Source of the DNA: Candidatus Thorarchaeota archaeon
GTDB lineage: Archaea; Asgardarchaeota; Thorarchaeia; Thorarchaeales; Thorarchaeaceae
Length of the DNA: 64,000 nucleotides
Assembly (NCBI GenBank): GCA_003345545.1
Contig: PRDH01000047.1
Location: 4,692-68,691 of the forward strand
Direction: 5' to 3'
Part shown: positions 57,936-64,000 of the stretch, in pieces
How positions within the stretch are numbered: the first letter of the stretch is position 1
How the letters are laid out: every line of letters begins with the position of its first letter
Program-made: the position numbers and the translations under genes
Notes under the pieces: model-generated
What the model was told of the DNA's origin: nothing
The model's input: only the letters and a program-made list of their open reading frames with translations
The model's database searches: none

Positions 57936-58535
57936 CTACACGAAGACATGTGGGAAGAAGAATCCCTTGGGATGGTCACATGCAGGGCATTTCTCAGGAG
58001 GATTGACTCCTTCATGGATGTAGCCGCAGTTTGCACAGCGCCACTTGATCTTCTCTTTTTTCTTCAGAATAGAACCATCAGCTATTTTCTCGGCTAGTCC
58101 GATGTATCGCTCATGGTGCCATGTTTCAGCTCGAGCAATCATTCTCCAGACAGCTGCAATCTTGGGAAAACCCTCCTTGTCAGCTATGTCTGCATAGCCA
58201 GGATACATGTTTGAGAACTCAAATTTCTCTCCTGCTGCTGCTGAGCGAAGGTTCTCCTCAGTGGTACCTATATGGCCTGTCGGGAAGTTCCACTCGACTT
58301 TGACCTCGGGTGTGCACTCACTCTCATTCATCAACTTGAAGAACCTTGATGCATGTTCGTACTCCTGTCTGGCAGTTTCCTCGAATACTTGGGATACATA
58401 TTCGTAACCATCATCGATGGCTGCCTTTGCGAATCTCTGATACCTATTTCTTGCCTGAGATTCACCGGCAAAAGATGTCAGTAGGTTCTTCTCAGTCTTT
58501 GTTCCAGTTAGCTTCATTATTCTCAACTCTCTCAA
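57936..58535 (-). CDS. rbr: Rubrerythrin
   Basis: It has di-iron four-helix-bundle motifs (ExxH: ARQEYEHA, AETWHHERY) plus a C-terminal rubredoxin-like CANCGY...CPACDHP. The likely start is the ATG at 58517 (MKLTGTKTEKNL). Confidence 0.85.
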   Translation of the reverse strand: MRELRIMKLTGTKTEKNLLTSFAGESQARNRYQRFAKAAIDDGYEYVSQVFEETARQEYEHASRFFKLMNESECTPEVKVEWNFPTGHIGTTEENLRSAAAGEKFEFSNMYPGYADIADKEGFPKIAAVWRMIARAETWHHERYIGLAEKIADGSILKKKEKIKWRCANCGYIHEGVNPPEKCPACDHPKGFFFPHVFV

Positions 58536-58653
58536 TGGAGTCTATGCTCCATCTCTTTCTTCTCTAAGGCGAGAATGATACAACACGCGAGTTCTCGCTA
58601 ATAAGACTGTCTTTGGGTCAGACTGACAGTTCATGGGTTGCTTCTCGCAACTA

Positions 58654-59847
58654 TCAACTGAGCTTTGAGGCGATTGCCTCTGCAAGTCTCTTGACCATCT
58701 CAGTTTCCTCTTTAGATGGTCTGCCTCTGACCTTAACGATGGGTTCTAGTACTTCCCACTTCATCTCCTCTGCCATCTTTTGGAGCTTCTCAAGAGCTCC
58801 GCCACCCCAGCCGAATGTTCCAAAGAAACCAACTGGCCTGGGTGCAAACCGCTTGCCCTGCAATTCATTGACATATGTCCATACTCTGGGAAACGGGAAA
58901 GCATCATATGTAGGGGCACCAATAACAATGACTCCGGCTCGGACTGTATTTGTAATGATGTCACCTATGTCAGAGTATGAAACATTGTCTATCTTCACCT
59001 CAACGCCAAGGTTTAGCAACTCCTTCTTGAGTTTCATTGCTAGACGATGAGTATAGCCATACATTGTTCCATACACTATCGCGCAGTATTTGTCTAGCTT
59101 CGGGCTGCTCCACTCATCGTACTTGGAAACTATCCAGTTGGGATTCTTTCGATAGATAATTCCGTGACTCGGTGCTATGATCTTGATGTTGAGTCCCAGA
59201 TCCTTGACCTTCTTGATGGCATTCTGGACGAACTTGAAATACGAGGTGATAATGACTGAAACATACCGTCTACTCTCACGTTCTACAAGTTCCATATTTG
59301 CCTCATCGTCAAAATGCTTACCATTCAGAGCACCGAACGCTCCAAAGGCATCACAGCCAAATAGGATGCCGTCCTCCGCAATCCAGGTGGCCATGGTCTC
59401 CGGCCAATGAACGAACGGGATGTGCACGAACTTCAGAGTCTTCTTGCCCAGTGAGAGCTCCTCAAGGTCTTCTACTTTCTTTTCGTTGAGGTCCACATCA
59501 TAGAAGGACTTGCGCATATCTGATGCCCGCGGCGTATAGATCAGAGTTGCATTCTTGGCAATTCTGGCAATGTCGGGCAGAGCGCCAGTATGGTCGGGCT
59601 CCATATGATTCAAGATAATGTAGTCGATCTTCGCAGGATTCACTAGCTCACGGATATTGTCAAGCCACTCATCAGCCCATGGACCCTTTACGGTTTCAAC
59701 AAGAGCTATCTTCTCATCCACTATCAGATAGCTGTTGTAGGACACCCCATAGGGCAGCTTCCATAGGTTCTCAAATAGCTCCGTGTGATGGTCATCAACA
59801 CCAACATAGTATACGTCACTGGCGAGTTTCCTGTACAATTGCTTCAC
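58654..59847 (-). CDS. fprA: Flavodiiron protein (FprA-type; metallo-beta-lactamase-like plus flavodoxin domains)
   Basis: 397 aa. It has the di-iron motif NHMEPDHTG and a C-terminal flavodoxin-like segment (AIVYGTMYGYT ... VIVIGAPTYD). Confidence 0.85.
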   Translation of the reverse strand: MKQLYRKLASDVYYVGVDDHHTELFENLWKLPYGVSYNSYLIVDEKIALVETVKGPWADEWLDNIRELVNPAKIDYIILNHMEPDHTGALPDIARIAKNATLIYTPRASDMRKSFYDVDLNEKKVEDLEELSLGKKTLKFVHIPFVHWPETMATWIAEDGILFGCDAFGAFGALNGKHFDDEANMELVERESRRYVSVIITSYFKFVQNAIKKVKDLGLNIKIIAPSHGIIYRKNPNWIVSKYDEWSSPKLDKYCAIVYGTMYGYTHRLAMKLKKELLNLGVEVKIDNVSYSDIGDIITNTVRAGVIVIGAPTYDAFPFPRVWTYVNELQGKRFAPRPVGFFGTFGWGGGALEKLQKMAEEMKWEVLEPIVKVRGRPSKEETEMVKRLAEAIASKLS

Positions 59848-60030
59848 CTGTTTCTCTTATGTCAGAGTATAGACCTAGATATCTAAGTTAAAAACCTTCT
59901 ACTCATTTGGCATTCTCTAGTCAGTGCAACGCCTTCAGAAGATCCTGTAGGCATGAATTATAAGCCCATTTCAGATACTACTAGCAACAGAACAGATTAG
60001 AGTACCACACCAAGAAACGGAGAGTCGGCT

Positions 60031-60579
60031 ATGAGGACGCATTTCTATCTACTCATCATGATTATCACATTACTCTCTTTTTTTGGTTCGGGGGCGGCAA
60101 TAAACGAAGCAACTTCCGTAAGAACACCGCTATCAACTGACGACTTGGTTCTGAATCGGATTTCATCAACGGTCTATGATGTTGTCTGTACTCAGGGAGA
60201 TACTCTCACTGGTGAATTCAGGATTGTTTCCGATGGCGACCGCTTTCCCGGGGACCAAACAAAATATGATAATTGGTTGCTGGGTGGAATAGATTTTCTG
60301 ATTCTAGATGAGTTGAATTATGGTTTCTGGAAGCAGTTGGAGCCAATATCCCCGCATTACGAAAGGAGCAATGTTGTCCAGCTCAAATGGCAATTCAGTG
60401 TACCCAGTTCAGGTACATGGTATCTGATCTACATCAACAACACAATTTACATGAAACAAATCGAGAGTAGTATTACTCACCGAGGAGCCACGGATCTCTC
60501 CTTACCCATGGTTCTGGGACTGCTAGGTTTGCTTGTCGTTCTCGGTCTCGGTCTAGTACAGAGAACAAGAAAGAGATAG
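60031..60579 (+). CDS. Secreted beta-rich protein with a C-terminal TM anchor and a short basic tail
   Basis: 182 aa. It has a signal-like N-terminus, a ~120-aa beta-rich ectodomain, the TM segment LSLPMVLGLLGLLVVLGLGLV and the tail QRTRKR. Confidence 0.5.
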   Translation: MRTHFYLLIMIITLLSFFGSGAAINEATSVRTPLSTDDLVLNRISSTVYDVVCTQGDTLTGEFRIVSDGDRFPGDQTKYDNWLLGGIDFLILDELNYGFWKQLEPISPHYERSNVVQLKWQFSVPSSGTWYLIYINNTIYMKQIESSITHRGATDLSLPMVLGLLGLLVVLGLGLVQRTRKR

Positions 60580-60610
60580 CTGTGGCATCTGGTGCCACAG
60601 CATTCCAACA

Positions 60611-61069
60611 CTATTCTTTGCTAGGCCCTTCTGAGGATTTTGACGCAGCTGCAGAGCTCTGCGCTGCTTCTCCTCTTCTTGATGAGATGATCTCATCAAT
60701 CAACTCATAGAGAGCACGCCCGAGGATGCCACCGAATCCTCCAAGAAGTGCTCCAATGAGCACACTAATTATGATGACCACTGCACCTAGACCCTCAAGG
60801 CCAAGAAGGGCGATGAAGAAGTTGGCAACATCCATGGCCTGAGCTGTCAGCACGAGGTAGACAAAGAGCAAACCCCATGCGATGCCGACACCGAGGAATC
60901 CGACAAGGAATGCTTTTCGAATTCTTCTGACGAACAAAGCTCCGAGAGCTCCAGCAATGAGCATCATCTTCCAGTCTCCTGTGAGTTGGAAAACAATACC
61001 AAAGACAATGGTGATTATGAGCGCAGGTAGAAACCCTAGACTGGGCATTATTTCATCTATCTTTTTCAT
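60611..61069 (-). CDS. Hypothetical 4-TM membrane protein
   Basis: 152 aa with four hydrophobic segments and a polar S/A-rich tail. Confidence 0.5.
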   Translation of the reverse strand: MKKIDEIMPSLGFLPALIITIVFGIVFQLTGDWKMMLIAGALGALFVRRIRKAFLVGFLGVGIAWGLLFVYLVLTAQAMDVANFFIALLGLEGLGAVVIIISVLIGALLGGFGGILGRALYELIDEIISSRRGEAAQSSAAASKSSEGPSKE

Positions 61070-61080
61070 CTCAAGGCCTC

Positions 61081-63660
61081 CTATGGTGCAAAGATGATAG
61101 TCCGTTCTATCAACGTGTCATCAGTGTCTGCGGTTCTAAACGCAGCGGCTGTCGCGTAGAAATAGAGTATATGATATCCGTAATACTTGGTGACCGGGTC
61201 AAAGGCATACCATAGATTGAAATTGTCATCCCAATGAGGACTGAACATATTACCGCTCTGCCCACCAGGATATGCCATGTACGACATTCCAATATTGCTC
61301 AAGTCAGCAACTAGTCTTGTTGAGGGGCCGTGTGTGACTGTCCAGCCGGGAGCCACATTCAATGTGTTGCCGCCCCGATGAGGACCGCCACCGATGTAGG
61401 TCAGTCCGGCAAGATGTTCAATATAGACTATGTGCCGGTTTCCATACTTGTAATCAGGTTCATCTGCCCACTCACGTGCGAGCTTGTCGAGTGCCGTAAA
61501 CAGCGATCGAACTAGGACATCATCTCGCGTTTCGGTAGTTCCAGTAGTTGTGTGATCATCAAAGTAGTAGCTATTGTTCTCAGTGATCAGTTTTTCGAGG
61601 ATTGGAGTACGTGACAGAGGCAGAAGAGGATCTAGGGTTCTGAGCTCATCGAATGTTTCATAGTGGATCGCATCAAGAAGGTACAACCATATAGTAGGTG
61701 CCTCCAGTTCTGGCTCCATATCATATTCCCAGGAACGAAGGAGGTCAACAGCATCTGCAATCGTTGTATTGCTATTGCCAGCATCGTCCCAAGCAGAAAT
61801 GAGGTAGGGAAGAATCACTTCAGCTCGGACTTCGACTACATCTGCCTGGAATCGTTTCATGTCTGCCACAGTGACACTGCTGTCATTTTGGAGGAGGTAG
61901 AAGATACGTCTGCCGCGATAACCGTTGTCTTGTGGACCCAGGATAGTATATCCATACTGGCTTGGAGCAATCGTTCGCTGGTTTGCTGACTGAACAAATC
62001 CACGAGCCGGATTAATCTCCCGAGGATTATATGCGTATGGTATGTTGCTCACCATTCCGACTGAGTCATTGAGAGATGTCACTGGATATTCGCCAGTATA
62101 TCCTGAACGGACTGGAAATCGGCCAACAACTAACATAGCGATGTTGCCGGAATCATCTCCATAGACACAGTTCTGTGGCGGACTATCCCACCAGTACATT
62201 CCATCGATGAACTGCGTCAGGTTGTCAGCCTTCATGAACTTGCCAGCAGCAATTAACTCATGTGTGACTCCAGAACCTGTCCAAGTCATTGCGAGATTGG
62301 CCTCGCTCTCCTCATCTGAATCATACGACTCTTCTGCGGAATCGATGAGTGGACCATGAACCGATTCTTTGACGAAGAATGGGATTATGTTTCCTTCTCT
62401 GGTATAGATGGATTCATCATGGACCACAAAGGCGTGATAGGTGCCATTGTACATGTACTCGCTCGAGTTTGAAGGGTTGAGCTGCTCCACAAAGATATCC
62501 AGAACATCTGCGCCGACGTTGGTGAAGCTGTACGCAAGGTGGTCATTATGGCCGATGAGCACAGCAGGCAGTCCCGGAAAAGTAGTGCCGGTTACATCCA
62601 ATCCATCCACGCCCGGCACAACAATGTGTGCTTCATACCAGACTGATGGAGCCTGTAGGGTCAGGTGCGGATCTCCCGCCAGAATTGGCATGCCTGTGGA
62701 AGACCTGGAACCATTGACTGCCCAATTATTGCTTCCGATATGCATTTCGTCACCAAGGGGCTTGATGACATTGTCTATTGTACTTATGAGAAGTTCGAGT
62801 TTATCTTGAGCGATGACCACCTCGTCAGCGATGGTTGGACGCATCAACTCGCCAGGATTCTCTGTAGCAGGAAATCCACCTGGAGCAAGAGGATATTCGG
62901 CAATACTGAGGTTCACTTGGTCCTGAACAATTGGAACCGTGTATGGCATGAGGTCAGGAAAGAGGTCGTTGTACATCGTATCATTGTCAATGGTTGCCCT
63001 GATCCATTGTCTCTGAAAGTCGTAGACTCCACCTGACAACCCCCACCCCAGCATCTTCGCCCCAGTGAGTAGGTCTACGGCGCTCCACTCTTGTGGTGTG
63101 TATTTTAGAATCTTGAATTCAATAGGAAGTGTAGCACTTGTCAATGAATGAATGAAAGCATTGATACCATCTACTTCAGCGTCAAGGGCCTCTAGTGATG
63201 CAGCTACATCGGGATTCGAGTCTGCATTGGCAATGAGCCAGTCAAGGGTTTCCTGAGCGGATCTTGCAAGCCCAATAGTCCGATAGAACCTGTCGGAGCT
63301 CGCAGCATACGCACCCACTATTTCACTAATTCTCCCAGCAGCTACGAAGGTCTGCATGGTGATCTGAAAAAGACGGTCCTTTGCATGCATGTAACCTAGC
63401 GCCATGAATGCATCCTTTGCTGTAGCCGCATAGATATGGGGGATTCCCAAATGGTCGATAATCACTTCGACATTAGCGCCCAGTCCAGGTAACGAAATTG
63501 TCTGGTCACCCGGATCCGGTGTGCCATTATCGAAGATACCACCAATGGGTTGGATAATGCCTAGTCCTCCAGTCAGTGGACCAAGAGGCATCGAGAGAAT
63601 CACAATCAATGTTATCGGTCCAACAAACGAGAGGACAAGATTTGCTAATCTCCTTTTCAA
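61081..63660 (-). CDS. Penicillin-acylase-family (peptidase S45) Ntn hydrolase
   Basis: 859 aa. It has an N-terminal anchor, the autoprocessing/nucleophile context HIGSNNWAVNG, and the conserved C-terminal PGGQSGNMFSPHWDD. Confidence 0.85.
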   Translation of the reverse strand: MKRRLANLVLSFVGPITLIVILSMPLGPLTGGLGIIQPIGGIFDNGTPDPGDQTISLPGLGANVEVIIDHLGIPHIYAATAKDAFMALGYMHAKDRLFQITMQTFVAAGRISEIVGAYAASSDRFYRTIGLARSAQETLDWLIANADSNPDVAASLEALDAEVDGINAFIHSLTSATLPIEFKILKYTPQEWSAVDLLTGAKMLGWGLSGGVYDFQRQWIRATIDNDTMYNDLFPDLMPYTVPIVQDQVNLSIAEYPLAPGGFPATENPGELMRPTIADEVVIAQDKLELLISTIDNVIKPLGDEMHIGSNNWAVNGSRSSTGMPILAGDPHLTLQAPSVWYEAHIVVPGVDGLDVTGTTFPGLPAVLIGHNDHLAYSFTNVGADVLDIFVEQLNPSNSSEYMYNGTYHAFVVHDESIYTREGNIIPFFVKESVHGPLIDSAEESYDSDEESEANLAMTWTGSGVTHELIAAGKFMKADNLTQFIDGMYWWDSPPQNCVYGDDSGNIAMLVVGRFPVRSGYTGEYPVTSLNDSVGMVSNIPYAYNPREINPARGFVQSANQRTIAPSQYGYTILGPQDNGYRGRRIFYLLQNDSSVTVADMKRFQADVVEVRAEVILPYLISAWDDAGNSNTTIADAVDLLRSWEYDMEPELEAPTIWLYLLDAIHYETFDELRTLDPLLPLSRTPILEKLITENNSYYFDDHTTTGTTETRDDVLVRSLFTALDKLAREWADEPDYKYGNRHIVYIEHLAGLTYIGGGPHRGGNTLNVAPGWTVTHGPSTRLVADLSNIGMSYMAYPGGQSGNMFSPHWDDNFNLWYAFDPVTKYYGYHILYFYATAAAFRTADTDDTLIERTIIFAP

Positions 63661-63748
63661 CTCTCACCACTCTCAAGTATGGATTATTAGTACAATGCAC
63701 GAAGCTACTCTTAAGCATACGGAGAAACCATCAAGCAAATCGCTGGAA

Positions 63749-64000
63749 TCAGGGGACAAGATTCATCCTTCTCTCAATCCATCTACCGCTTGAGTCCGCA
63801 CTGTAGAACTCAGCCACGGACGCGTAAGCAAAGACTTCGTGATAGTGGTAGTGATGAGCCTCTTCATCAAAATCGAAATAGAGCTGGAATAGGTCATCAA
63901 AATGCTCGCTGAAGGGATTGCCACTCTGTCCTCCGGCAACAACTATTCGAGAATTCTGTCGACTACTGAGGTCAAGCACATATCTATATACTGGACCGGA
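63749..64000 (-). CDS. Second penicillin-acylase-family paralog (C-terminal end only; the gene runs off the window end)
   Basis: The frame is open to the window edge. Its SGPVYRYVLDLSSRQNSRIVVAGGQSGNPFSEHFDDLFQLYF... aligns with HGPSTRLVADLSNIGMSYMAYPGGQSGNMFSPHWDDNFNLWY... of the neighbouring gene. Confidence 0.7.
   Translation of the reverse strand, partial: SGPVYRYVLDLSSRQNSRIVVAGGQSGNPFSEHFDDLFQLYFDFDEEAHHYHYHEVFAYASVAEFYSADSSGRWIERRMNLVP

Noticed and set aside
1-64000. Search for CRISPR arrays, IS elements/transposases, integrases, prophage genes, toxin-antitoxin pairs, rRNA and tRNA genes
   Set aside because: No ORF resembles these families, and I saw no regularly spaced direct repeats or long terminal inverted repeats. 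The repeated gene families present (Opp, DUF4139, S45, TldD/PmbA, MFS) are old, diverged paralogs and not mobile copies.

Overview
The window is a gene-dense chromosomal segment of about 60 protein genes. I found no rRNA, tRNA, CRISPR array, transposase or integrase. The gene content points to an anaerobic, peptide- and amino-acid-scavenging archaeon, possibly Asgard/Thorarchaeota-like. That placement is an inference from four things: a Rab/Ras-type small GTPase, Hdr/AOR/FprA/rubrerythrin redox genes, many NxS/T-rich secreted proteins with C-terminal membrane anchors, and GGAGG-type ribosome-binding sites inside operons. No marker gene in the window confirms it.

Main blocks:
- 1-5.7 kb: a divergent hdrA(-hdrC) / tungsten-type aldehyde:ferredoxin oxidoreductase pair.
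- 8-15 kb: an MFS transporter, an M48 peptidase, tldD-pmbA, a DUF4332 gene and a decayed pmbA-like relic.
- 15.1-18.5 kb: a small GTPase followed by a Yip1-like membrane protein, then a thioredoxin-like gene, a polytopic membrane protein and an unlisted rubredoxin.
- 27.1-33.4 kb: a complete Opp/Dpp-type peptide ABC operon.
- 33.5-36.6 kb: two tandem DUF4140/DUF4139 (MuiA-family) paralogs.
- 36.7-45.9 kb: central-metabolism and hydrolase genes (M20 peptidase, class I GAPDH, short citrate-synthase-like, DapA-like aldolase, Ntn hydrolase, MFS, acyltransferase-3).
- 46-49.4 kb: two orphan OppD-like ATPases, one of them degenerate.
- 49.6-50.7 kb: a carbamoyltransferase.
- 53-57.7 kb: a second Opp-type operon without a binding protein.
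- 57.9-59.8 kb: the fprA-rubrerythrin O2-detoxification pair.
- 61-64 kb: tandem penicillin-acylase (S45) paralogs.

The best candidates for something new are:
- the GTPase-Yip1 two-gene unit, whose Yip1 5' end appears frameshifted;
- the tandem DUF4139 pair;
- the NfnB-insert HdrA next to AOR;
- the degenerate/canonical orphan ABC ATPase pair;
- a membrane-anchored beta-sandwich/zinc-ribbon protein.

All functional calls come from motif recognition by eye. No database search was run.
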